This document shows positions 26,383 to 35,019 of a stretch of 64,000 bases of DNA, one piece after another. Where the stretch lies: positions 30,814,001 to 30,878,000 of the forward strand of contig NC_079168.1 of assembly GCF_947568905.1 (NCBI RefSeq), in the 5' to 3' direction. Positions within the stretch are counted from its first letter, which is position 1. Each line of letters opens with the position of its first letter. Position numbers and translations under genes: made by a program. Origin of the DNA: Ostrea edulis (taxonomy: Eukaryota). The notes under the pieces were generated by a model, which saw only the letters and a list, made by a program, of their open reading frames with translations, did not search any database and was not told the DNA's origin.

Positions 26383-26739
26383 ATGGCTGAATGGGACAAC
26401 AACAATTTTCTTACCGCTGTATTACAGTATTTCAAGGACTACAAAGAATCGGTGAACAACGCTCGTAGCGCTGCATTACAGTGTATCAAGGACTGGAAAG
26501 AAAAACAGCCGTTGAGATATAAATTCGCCATGAAGTTGTTGATCTTTTGGGAATTTCCTATGACCTTATATGAATATTCCGGCGTTTGCAAGCATATAGC
26601 CGACAACCTGAACAGAGAGTCTGGATTGATCATGATTTATACCATGGAGCAAGAATTTAGACGACGGGAACCTGAGAAGACTGGGGCGATTGTAGCGATT
26701 ACCGATCACTGGCTGGAAAAGGTGTATAAAAAAACCTAA
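26383..26739 (+). CDS. Bcl-2-like paralog 2 (divergent)
   Basis: EYSGVCKHIADNLNRESGLIMIYTMEQEF aligns with the BH1-like segment of paralog 1; all-helical, similar size. Confidence 0.5.
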   Translation: MAEWDNNNFLTAVLQYFKDYKESVNNARSAALQCIKDWKEKQPLRYKFAMKLLIFWEFPMTLYEYSGVCKHIADNLNRESGLIMIYTMEQEFRRREPEKTGAIVAITDHWLEKVYKKT

Positions 26740-26767
26740 CCGTTTTCTTTTCCTTTATTCCTGGAGG

Positions 26768-27073
26768 ATGGCCAGCAGTGACCACATCACAGAGAAAGCG
26801 ATAGCTTATGTATTGGATTATCTCACAGACATTCATTCTTGGCAGTTTGAATTTGTGTTACACTATCTGCGAGAAGAATTATTTCCCATCAGCTTAAAGG
26901 AGTATCCATGTCTCTGTCAGCATTTGATCGAGAACCGGATCACCCCGCAAGCCTTAGTACTGATTCATTTAATGGGCCAGGAATTGAAACGAATTCGACC
27001 CACAGACAGAGCAGAAATCGAGAAAATCAGACTACGATGTCTTCGAGAGATGTACGTCAAGTTAAACGTGTGA
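26768..27073 (+). CDS. Bcl-2-like paralog 3 (divergent)
   Basis: FPISLKEYPCLCQHLIENRITPQALVLIHLMGQEL matches paralog 2 FPMTLYEYSGVCKHIADNLNRESGLIMIYTMEQEF. Confidence 0.5.
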   Translation: MASSDHITEKAIAYVLDYLTDIHSWQFEFVLHYLREELFPISLKEYPCLCQHLIENRITPQALVLIHLMGQELKRIRPTDRAEIEKIRLRCLREMYVKLNV

Positions 27074-27252
27074 CCTTTAATCTGGAACGGAATCAAGTGT
27101 ATTGGCTACCTGAAGAAGATCGAACCAGTCCTTGGATGACCATGGCCGTGGATCGATGTCGATTTCAAACTAGGATTCGAGCCATGGAACAGATCTTGGA
27201 GCCTATATTGAATGACTTTTTACAAAAAACTGTTTTTGAATTGATATTGTGA
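27037..27252 (+). CDS. 71-aa PP1 regulatory subunit mimic, GADD34/ICP34.5/DP71L family
   Basis: RVxF motif KRVTF followed by R.SPW...AVDRCRFQTRI..MEQILEPIL, matching the GADD34 C-terminal R.GPW...ARDR.RF.RRI...E..L.P.L; AATAAA at about 27260. Confidence 0.85.
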   Translation: MSSRDVRQVKRVTFNLERNQVYWLPEEDRTSPWMTMAVDRCRFQTRIRAMEQILEPILNDFLQKTVFELIL

Positions 27253-27810
27253 TATGGTGAATAAAAATAGAGTCACCAGTTCTGTGTTTGTTGAATCTTA
27301 CAAAGGAGGGTATATAATAAGGAGATGAGGAAGTCTAGGCTGAAATCAAGATAGAAATCCGATTCTATACTTTGATTTCTATCTCTGAGGATGAATTGGA
27401 TATTTCTACAGGTGTACACCCCTGAGAAATAAATAGTTTAAACCCGCTAGGAGAAAATTTTACCTCGTCTCGACTCTTTGGCGGGATGATCCTGAATTCA
27501 TTTCAGGGTGTATGAGCATAAAATGCATAGGATTAGATGCAGCCCGGTGAAAACTAGGCGTTGGCTTGAACACCGGGGAGAAAACGAGTCCTCGACATGA
27601 ATAAACGAGGAAAAACTCTCTACTCGAAAGCACAAATCCGCCATTTTGGACGTCCACCATCATGGCGTTCAAACTGGACAGGGATGTTTTCAACGACGTC
27701 CGTGCTGGAGTCGTTTTAAACCAGCGCAACGTCAAATTCCAGCATTCCGTTCTAGGAACCAGCGACTTGTAAAGTCAAAGAAGAAGAAAAGAAGTAAGAA
27801 GAAGAAGAAG

Positions 27811-28593
27811 ATGGCAGGCGCTAGTTATGATTTTCAAGGAGGGTTTGACTCACGTTTCCGACTTGTAGTCATTGGCGAGAAGAAAGAAGGGGATACCTGG
27901 GTGCAGTCTAGTATTACAGAACTGGGGGTGTTTACACCCCCAGATTTGACCCAAGTCATAGTTAACCGGGCGGTCGATCGAGCTCGAAAGAGGTATGGCG
28001 CCGAGGGAGGAGGACCATTCCGTAGCACCTTTACTAGGATGCGGGACTTGGCCACAGTAGCTGCGACAGCGCCACCGCCACCGCCTCCGTCCTCAGCATC
28101 CCACACCGTGCCGCCACCCAGACCAGCGACGCCGCCTAGCCCTAGGTTGTCCAGGACAGTGTCGGCCTTCCTGCCACCCCCACCACTACCGCTAGCGCCA
28201 CCCCCACCACTACAGCTATCGCCACCATCACCACCACCTATGCTAGAGTACACTCCGGTGTCAAGTCCAGAGGTTTCCCCGAGGTCGCCCTCGCCCCAGA
28301 GCCGCGCCAGGAGCAGGTCGCCCAGCCGGAGGACCCCGCCACCCAGACCCCCGCCGCCCAGAGTCATCAATTGCCCGATCACCAACAGAACCATTAGGAT
28401 TCCGCCATGGGCCGTAAGAGTGCGGGACCGGCTGATGAAATGCCCCATCTGTTGGTTGGACGACCGGCATTCCGGGATCAAGTGCCGGGGGTGTGGGCAG
28501 CGAGTAGTATGCTGCGATTGCCTCGAAAGGAATGAGAACGGGCGGTATACAAGAGGAAGGTGTCCGCATTGCCGGCATGAGGGACCCCATTAA
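27811..28593 (+). CDS. Proline/SR-rich protein with C-terminal RING-type finger
   Basis: CPIC..CRGC..CCDC..CPHC; central poly-Pro and RSRS tract; ATG at 27811 downstream of a promoter cassette. Confidence 0.7.
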   Translation: MAGASYDFQGGFDSRFRLVVIGEKKEGDTWVQSSITELGVFTPPDLTQVIVNRAVDRARKRYGAEGGGPFRSTFTRMRDLATVAATAPPPPPPSSASHTVPPPRPATPPSPRLSRTVSAFLPPPPLPLAPPPPLQLSPPSPPPMLEYTPVSSPEVSPRSPSPQSRARSRSPSRRTPPPRPPPPRVINCPITNRTIRIPPWAVRVRDRLMKCPICWLDDRHSGIKCRGCGQRVVCCDCLERNENGRYTRGRCPHCRHEGPH

Positions 28594-28777
28594 AGAACAG
28601 GGAGACCAAACGGCCCTTTTCAGGGCCACCAACTTTTTTTGAAAAGACACTTTTTATTGCAAAAATCAAGAAACACACAAGTTTTTTTTTTTTTAAAGTT
28701 TTATTAACACAAGTCACATAGTAGGCAGAATAAAGTTTTTTTTTACAAGTAATAGCTAGAATAAAGCTATAATAAAG

Positions 28778-29275
28778 TTACATTTTCTTGACAATGTAAA
28801 CATGTTTATGATACTGATAAGCAAAGTCACAAATCCATTGTCTATAATGAGTCCAATTGCCTCCGGCTAATCCACATCCAATACGATAAGGAAACGCTAA
28901 AGTCTGGTAAGACAAAGTGCCTAATTCCTGTAAACATTGTTGAAACCAAAGTTCACGTTGTTCGGGGGTATCGGCATACAGGGGTAAGCGTTGAGTGCCT
29001 CTCCCGTAATCCCATTGCGCTAACAAACAGATCACATCAGGATGAGTAGAATGAGGCATAATACACACAGTACCCGGTATTCCTCGATCCGCTTCTATAG
29101 CTAAATTTCTCCGTCCTAAAGGTTGTCGGGTCGCATACAGATTAGCCCAAGGAAATCGGTCGGCAATACGTTGACTTAATCCATGAGGTTTCACCGTTAA
29201 ACAGTTACATTGTTGTACAATAGCATCCACCCAAGGTAGAGATAATACATCTCCTCGTAGATCCGTCACCGACAT
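28778..29275 (-). CDS. Macrodomain protein (ADP-ribose binding/hydrolase, TARG1/Poa1-like)
   Basis: GDVL..DAIVQQCNC..HGLSQRIADRFP ... LAFPYRIGCGLAGGNW are macrodomain signatures. Confidence 0.85.
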   Translation of the reverse strand: MSVTDLRGDVLSLPWVDAIVQQCNCLTVKPHGLSQRIADRFPWANLYATRQPLGRRNLAIEADRGIPGTVCIMPHSTHPDVICLLAQWDYGRGTQRLPLYADTPEQRELWFQQCLQELGTLSYQTLAFPYRIGCGLAGGNWTHYRQWICDFAYQYHKHVYIVKKM

Positions 29276-29667
29276 GCTGGTTGACAGGTCTCACAGGTAC
29301 ACGTTGACCAGGGTTCTTGACTGTAAGGACAATGTTGAAACAGCCGGGGATCAAACTTTCTCTGAGTCCAGCGCTCTCTAAACTCCTGCAAGATCTCACA
29401 GGTACAGTCCTTATGCGCTATTTCTTCTTCAGGGGTGATGGTACAATGCTGCGGACACTTACACTCTAGCCAGGGTTCTCTAGTGTGACTACAACATTTA
29501 TAGACAAAGGGATAATACGTCAGCTCTGCCAATCTCTCTATCCACTTCTGTTTGACCAGGATGTTTTCTTTTTTATAATGAAAACAGCCACAAGTTAACC
29601 AATGTCCTCGGCAATACCCACACACTAGTACATCTTTCTCATCATCCGCGTACCGTTCAAACGACAT
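29266..29667 (-). CDS. Cys-rich orphan with three C-x(5-6)-W-x2-CxC repeats
   Basis: CGYCRGHWLTCGC, CCSHTREPWLECKC, HCPYSQEPWSTCTC; TATA at about 29695-29703. Confidence 0.65.
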   Translation of the reverse strand: MSFERYADDEKDVLVCGYCRGHWLTCGCFHYKKENILVKQKWIERLAELTYYPFVYKCCSHTREPWLECKCPQHCTITPEEEIAHKDCTCEILQEFRERWTQRKFDPRLFQHCPYSQEPWSTCTCETCQPACR

Positions 29668-29852
29668 GATTGAGAAAAATGGTAACAAGTGACCTATTTA
29701 TATAGTGTTTTTTGATGAGTCATCAACATGACGTCCGCCATCTTTGACTGAGGTAGGGGATGTTTTCAAGGACGTCCGCGCTCTCGCCTTTTTAAACGAG
29801 CGCAACGTCAAAATCTGGCATTCCGATTTTTTAAGGAACCAGAGAAGTAGAT

Positions 29853-30146
29853 ATGAGTCGTAGAGTAGGACCAGACCCTACAGTGAATGACTATTTTTTC
29901 AAATGGGAGGAGGATTGGGACCGAGAGATTGCCCCGCCGGCCTCACGGGAGGCTCTTCCCCCACCGCCCATGAGCCAGGATCTGCCCCCGCCAGAGGAAA
30001 ACTGGGACGCAGAGTTGGAAGTGGTGCAGCGGCCTCCGGGGAGAGTGTTTTTTAAACACGGGTTGCCTGTTTTTGTGTTTGACCACCAACAACCCCCGGA
30101 GGAGCAGAAAAAGAAGAGAAGAAAGAGGAAGAAGAACAGACAGTGA
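29853..30146 (+). CDS. 97-aa orphan with two EExWDxE motifs and a basic NLS-like tail
   Basis: EEDWDREI and EENWDAEL; KKKRRKRKK; upstream promoter cassette shared with the RING gene. Confidence 0.6.
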   Translation: MSRRVGPDPTVNDYFFKWEEDWDREIAPPASREALPPPPMSQDLPPPEENWDAELEVVQRPPGRVFFKHGLPVFVFDHQQPPEEQKKKRRKRKKNRQ

Positions 30147-30375
30147 GGGGGGACAGAGAAGAGAAGAAGAGAAGGAGAAGAGAGAGAAGAAGAAGAAGAA
30201 GAAGAGAAAAGACCAAGAACAGAGAGAGAGAGAAAGAAAACAGCCCTTTTCAGGGCTACCCATTCTTTTTGAAAAGACATGGTTGATTACAATGACAAGA
30301 AAAAACAAACCCAGAAGATTTTTCCAACGTTTTATTAAACTCCAACTATGAACAATAACAATACAATAACATAGT

Positions 30376-30873
30376 TTACAATACATTCAGTCTTTGACAT
30401 TGACAAGTTTGTCCTTGATGGGTTCTCGGTTTTCGGAAGGTCTCTTTAAACCAATCAGCCACAAAACGATCGCGTTGTAAGGCCGTGCCTTTCCAGGGAA
30501 GTAACCATTCTTGTACGGTGCTTCTATGTCGATGGCGTTGATGTAAAAAATACACACAGTATTGTCCACAGACATCCGTATTCAAATCTTGATAACAATG
30601 GGTGTTATGAATCCAAGTCTCTCCGTGGCGTTGAATAAAGTCTTGGATGTCTTTATGGCTGGGAGGTAATCCGTAAGAATCAAAATATTCGACGGTAGGG
30701 CTACTCAAATACAAACAGACTCAATGCGCTCCAGGGCGATCGTGAGGGTCTGTATTCACCACGATGGCTTTGTGATGAGGTAACAGCTCAGGTATGACAT
30801 CTCGAGGATACACACCTGCAAACGCCGGTCCTAAATCTCGTTGTAAAACATCTCTCAATTGCTGAGTATCCAT
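30376..30873 (-). pseudogene. Polinton adenain-like cysteine protease with a nonsense mutation
   Basis: MDTQQL...VVNTDPHDRPGAH*VCLY..EYFDSYG..CYQ..VCGQYC; TGA at 30721-30723 replaces the Trp after the catalytic His. Confidence 0.9.
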
Positions 30874-30888
30874 CTCTCTCTCTCTCTC

Positions 30889-32292
30889 TTAGTAATCGAT
30901 GCTGACTTCTCGTTGTTTGTTGATTTCTAGCAGATTGTCGAACACGGCATACACCACACAGTTTAAGGTCCTGGCCACGTTGGCGGCAAATTGCACTTCC
31001 ACTCTCAAGTTCCCAGTCTGTATGAGCTGAAATTTATCCGTCTGGGCTTCTTGATCTTTCGTGAAATCCACACACCAGAGGGTGTAACCGTTTTTATACT
31101 CTTCCAGGGTAATGTCCGGAGCCCAGTCCTGGCCTAATTTTCCCAAGCCTTTGTACAGACTCAAATACGATCTCAGGTACTGATCGTCGGTGAAATTAGG
31201 TTCCAAAGGTCGGGTTTCCATCATTTCTCCATTGATACTGATTTCTAATTTCTTGACTTTCTCATTTTGGAAATGAAAGGGGTTTCTGGTATTATCCCCA
31301 TTAAAAGCCGCATTGTCCACAAAGCCCAACACGACCAGTTTAGGCATCTGTCCTTGAAACAGATGATCGGTGATTTTAGATTGGGTGCCACTAGGAATGG
31401 TGAAGGTTTTCACTTCCACTCGTCTCAATGGATATTTCGCCGTTTGAGTACTCAGTTGCTGATTGATGAGATTAATGATACTCGGCACAGGTTTGACTTT
31501 CCTCACCCACAAGATCATACTTTGAATGACCACTTTCCCACTACTCCCGGCAGCGGTCATCATGTAGAACTGGGGTCGAGCGCGATTGAATCTGAGACGG
31601 ACATCCACGCCATTAGGGAGACATTTCTCTTGCTCAAACAAATCCAGATGTAATCGATCCATCAACACGATCTCCTTACTGTCTGTAATCTTCTCGTGAC
31701 GTTTTCTCAACCCTACATTCTTGGAATCATCCGGATACTCGGGAGTCGGGATGACGGCCGCGATGTTGACTTTGTTAGACACTACTGCAAATTCCACAGG
31801 AGTTTGAGTCAGAGCTTCTAATTTGACCTCATCCATATGTCCTGCCGTATCTTTTTCCCACAAGCTACAGGCTCTCATCTGGGTTTCCAGAGTCTTGGGT
31901 GCATAAGACAACAATTTCTCCAGATACGCTTTGTAGGGATAAGTATCCGTCCCCGGGGTAATGACTTTTCCATTGAGACTGACATCGATTTCACTGAACA
32001 AGGAATGGAGAATGTTATTCACGGGGGTCGAGGTCGAATTGCCTCCTGCGAGATTCGTTCCATTGGCTTTCGTGAATTTACATACCATCTGGAGATAAGT
32101 TTGGGATAAATCCAGATATTCATCTCCTTGTCCTTTGATTTCAAATTCAATCGGAGCCGTATCCGAGTTGAGGGTACTGGAAATGGGGTAATATTCCATC
32201 CATTTCGAATCTTCTAAAGTGACGTTGGTCGGGGGCACTTTAAACAGTTCTAAACTGTCGGTGCCACAAGCGCAAGATTCTCTGTGCATCAT
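30889..32292 (-). CDS. Polinton major capsid protein (double jelly-roll)
   Basis: 467 aa open frame; ELFKVPPT...PIEFEI...YLDLSQTYL...[17 protein letters not shown]...YPYKAYLE typical of Maverick MCPs. Confidence 0.92.
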   Translation of the reverse strand: MMHRESCACGTDSLELFKVPPTNVTLEDSKWMEYYPISSTLNSDTAPIEFEIKGQGDEYLDLSQTYLQMVCKFTKANGTNLAGGNSTSTPVNNILHSLFSEIDVSLNGKVITPGTDTYPYKAYLEKLLSYAPKTLETQMRACSLWEKDTAGHMDEVKLEALTQTPVEFAVVSNKVNIAAVIPTPEYPDDSKNVGLRKRHEKITDSKEIVLMDRLHLDLFEQEKCLPNGVDVRLRFNRARPQFYMMTAAGSSGKVVIQSMILWVRKVKPVPSIINLINQQLSTQTAKYPLRRVEVKTFTIPSGTQSKITDHLFQGQMPKLVVLGFVDNAAFNGDNTRNPFHFQNEKVKKLEISINGEMMETRPLEPNFTDDQYLRSYLSLYKGLGKLGQDWAPDITLEEYKNGYTLWCVDFTKDQEAQTDKFQLIQTGNLRVEVQFAANVARTLNCVVYAVFDNLLEINKQREVSIDY

Positions 32293-32371
32293 ATTGGAAC
32301 GATGTGTTACTCAGCGTGAACTGGCATCAAATGTGTTCTGGTCTCCTTCTCACCCCCTTTTTATAAGGTTC

Positions 32372-33052
32372 TCAGTCGAAAATATCCAGAGAGCGTTTTG
32401 GCTTACCCCTTTTCACTAGCTTCCTACCTCCCTTCCTAGATCGCTTCCTAGGTCTCTTATGAGGCCCTCCCCGAGCTAAGATACGTTGTTTTCTTTTAAC
32501 AAATCCTTTTCCTTCCTGTATTCCCACCTGTTTTCCCGCCTGTTTTCTTTTGAGGGTCGTGGTTCCAGGCTTCCTGAGTATTCCTGTGCGCGCTTTTCTT
32601 CCTCGTTTGGATGGGGCTTTTCGAGACCTTCGCCTACGAGCATACCCTGCTGTCTCTTTCAGGGCTTGGGCACCGTGTGTCTTGAGAGCGTCTTTGAGTG
32701 ATCGTTTATTATCTAACACATCCATCCCTGTTTTAGCAGCAGCCTTTAAGGCACTTTTAGCCCCCGATTTGAGTAAATCGGTGAAAAATCCTTTTCCCTT
32801 CTGCTTTTCAGATTCTGGATCATATTCTTCTGTTGGATGGATTCTACGTCGTCTCCTCTGATAAGAGCGATAAGGGCGGTCGTAATCATAATATCTCTCT
32901 TGATAGACAGGACGCTGTTGTTGTTGTTGCTGTTGTGCGGGGGCTCCACCTAATAATCCGCTGATCAGGGGACCCGCCACTTTGCTAGCTATTCCCAGCA
33001 GGGCTCCAAGCCCGTGACCCTGCTGCCGTATTAAACCTTTATGGTAGTGCAT
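32372..33052 (-). CDS. Basic core/virion protein with QxGxG motifs
   Basis: RQQGHGLG, KQKGKGFF, IQEGKGFV; Arg/Lys-rich; lies directly upstream of MCP. Confidence 0.75.
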   Translation of the reverse strand: MHYHKGLIRQQGHGLGALLGIASKVAGPLISGLLGGAPAQQQQQQQRPVYQERYYDYDRPYRSYQRRRRRIHPTEEYDPESEKQKGKGFFTDLLKSGAKSALKAAAKTGMDVLDNKRSLKDALKTHGAQALKETAGYARRRRSRKAPSKRGRKARTGILRKPGTTTLKRKQAGKQVGIQEGKGFVKRKQRILARGGPHKRPRKRSRKGGRKLVKRGKPKRSLDIFD

Positions 33053-33079
33053 CTTGATGTAAATGAACTTCGTTAGGGG

Positions 33080-33223
33080 TTACACCCGCTTTTTATACTT
33101 TTTACGCCGTCTCTTTCTCTTCTTTCCTTGGCCCGCTTGACCCGCAATGGCATTGGCAATCCATGGAATGAGAAACCAGATTCCGTGTCCTTTCTGGCGT
33201 CTGACTCCTCGATGGTACTTCAT
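33080..33223 (-). CDS. 47-aa basic core peptide (below the ORF-track cutoff)
   Basis: MKYHRGVRRQKGHGIWFLIPWIANAIAGQAGQGKKRKRRRKKYKKRV; its N-terminus parallels MHYHKGLIRQQGHG of the next gene. Confidence 0.7.
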   Translation of the reverse strand: MKYHRGVRRQKGHGIWFLIPWIANAIAGQAGQGKKRKRRRKKYKKRV

Positions 33224-33226
33224 CTT

Positions 33227-34212
33227 TCAATACACTTTGCGGAAATGAAGTTTGACTAAGGACCGCCCATTTAAAAAGCCCATAGGACGCCCTAAAGAAT
33301 TCATGATGTGTACCTCAATGGTATCGAAATATTTCTTACTCAGTTTCAAATATTCGGCTCGAATCGGTTCCCAACGGGCTTGTTGTCGATCGTCGTATTG
33401 AGCCGTACAGGGGACGACTCTCAATAATTTCAATTTGTTGGTGCCCACCACTTGAGGATCCACAATGTCACAATACACATACATGGCTTTCAGATTGTCG
33501 TAGACATCCATGGTCGTGTTCCCCAAGTAATTCACGTTGATCCATTTCGTCATGGTTTCATGGCCCAGGATCATTTTGTCACTATCCAGACCTAGCTTGT
33601 ACGCTAAGGGCGTAGGGAAACGAATGCACATGGGGGTGGCTCTCAGTGTTCTCCCATTAAAGTGATACTCGACACGATCGTACTCGGGGTGATACACTAA
33701 GATCTGGTTGTTCCCCTCTTCGTTAGGATCCCCTAACTCGCTCCATACTTTCCACAGGGTTCTCCTTAAGGCTGCGTTGATTTCATTGATTAACGCCAAA
33801 GGTTGTGTATAAGCTCCGGGTCGGAAGTGAATGCGAATGATATCGAAGGGAAATAAACTATCCCCTCCCTCAAAGAGATGGGACCATGGCGTCAGATGCC
33901 AGGGGACCACCACCACACACCTGGCCATCGTGACTTTGCCCATATTCTCTGTCTTAAATCTTTCCCATTTATAAGTGTTGGGATCTTGGACATGTTTCGT
34001 ATACGGATCTGGAATGAGAACGTCCACATAAGTCTCGCTATCCGATACGTTTTGTAAGTTGGCCGAGTACATCATCCGACTTCCCATTCTCCATCCGTTA
34101 AGTCCATGGTGTGTGGCAATAACGTTTTAAATTGAGCAGTCGTATTCGTCGGAAACGATTCCATCGACCCATCACTCAACAGAGTCATGTAAAACCCTTC
34201 TCCTCCAGCCAT
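33227..34212 (-). pseudogene. Polinton minor capsid protein (penton-like) with a frameshift
   Basis: MAGGEGFYMTLLSDGS...LPHTMDL.DGEWEVG then a frameshift near 34075 into ..MMYSA...MYVYCDIVDPQVVG...LLRVV...LHFRK. Confidence 0.85.
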
Positions 34213-34329
34213 GATGTCTTAAATGAGACCCTGTCTCTGTTTCCTTCTCTATTTATACACAACACCGTTTTGTTTTTTCACAATTTTTATTTGAAACAAC
34301 ATACAACATGACAATACATTCAATTCAAT

Positions 34330-34779
34330 TCATTCTTCTTGATCGCGGCCACCACCGCACATCAACGCATCCGAGTCTGGTAACGTCAGGATTCGTCTCG
34401 GGACTAAGCGTCGTCGCATCACCAGATAGTGTCGGGTTCCCCAGCAATCGGCTACATCATAACCTCCATTGATCATGTCTTTAAAATGGTGGAGACAAGC
34501 TTTCACGTTGTCGTACCAAGGACTATCATTTAAGGTCCAATCGGATTCGTCTTGTCGTCCCATCAATCCCCAGAAGGCTTTGACTTTCCAGCGAAACTCT
34601 TGATATTTAGTCTTTCTGATAAATGGCACCCAACCATCAGGAATCACGATCCGTTTGTACAAGTACACAGGATGCGTCGACGTTTTGTGTTGTTTACAAT
34701 GCATCAAACACATCTGCTTATCCCAGAACCAGGTACTTTTCTTCCCCTCTTGTTTCCAGGCGTACTGTGGCTTAGCCAT
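34330..34779 (-). CDS. 149-aa Polinton orphan protein
   Basis: Open frame with own TATA (about 34814-34820) and downstream AATAAA; no recognisable motif. Confidence 0.6.
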   Translation of the reverse strand: MAKPQYAWKQEGKKSTWFWDKQMCLMHCKQHKTSTHPVYLYKRIVIPDGWVPFIRKTKYQEFRWKVKAFWGLMGRQDESDWTLNDSPWYDNVKACLHHFKDMINGGYDVADCWGTRHYLVMRRRLVPRRILTLPDSDALMCGGGRDQEE

Positions 34780-35019
34780 GGTGAACTGATCTCTCAGGTG
34801 AAGGGGACTCCTGTTTTATAGGAGGTGCATTCATTTGAGGACTAGGCATGACGTAGCCCACCAAAGAACTTAAGGTCACCATCCAAAAATCGCGATTGGG
34901 ATCGCGTATGGCTAACATGACTACCGAGGTGATAATGATGGTTCAACAGAGGAATAATTGTGCAAAATACACAATTTCACTCCGGGGGACTTTTTCACCC
35001 AAGAAAGTCCACTGGGTGG

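Noticed and set aside
27834-28650. Gly-rich minus-strand ORFs (215 aa, 129 aa)
   Set aside because: Antisense shadows of the Pro-rich RING gene.
29891-30386. Ser/Phe/Leu-rich minus-strand ORFs and the 92-aa basic plus-strand ORF
   Set aside because: Arise from a purine-rich (GAA/GA) tract in a 3' UTR; low complexity, no promoter context.
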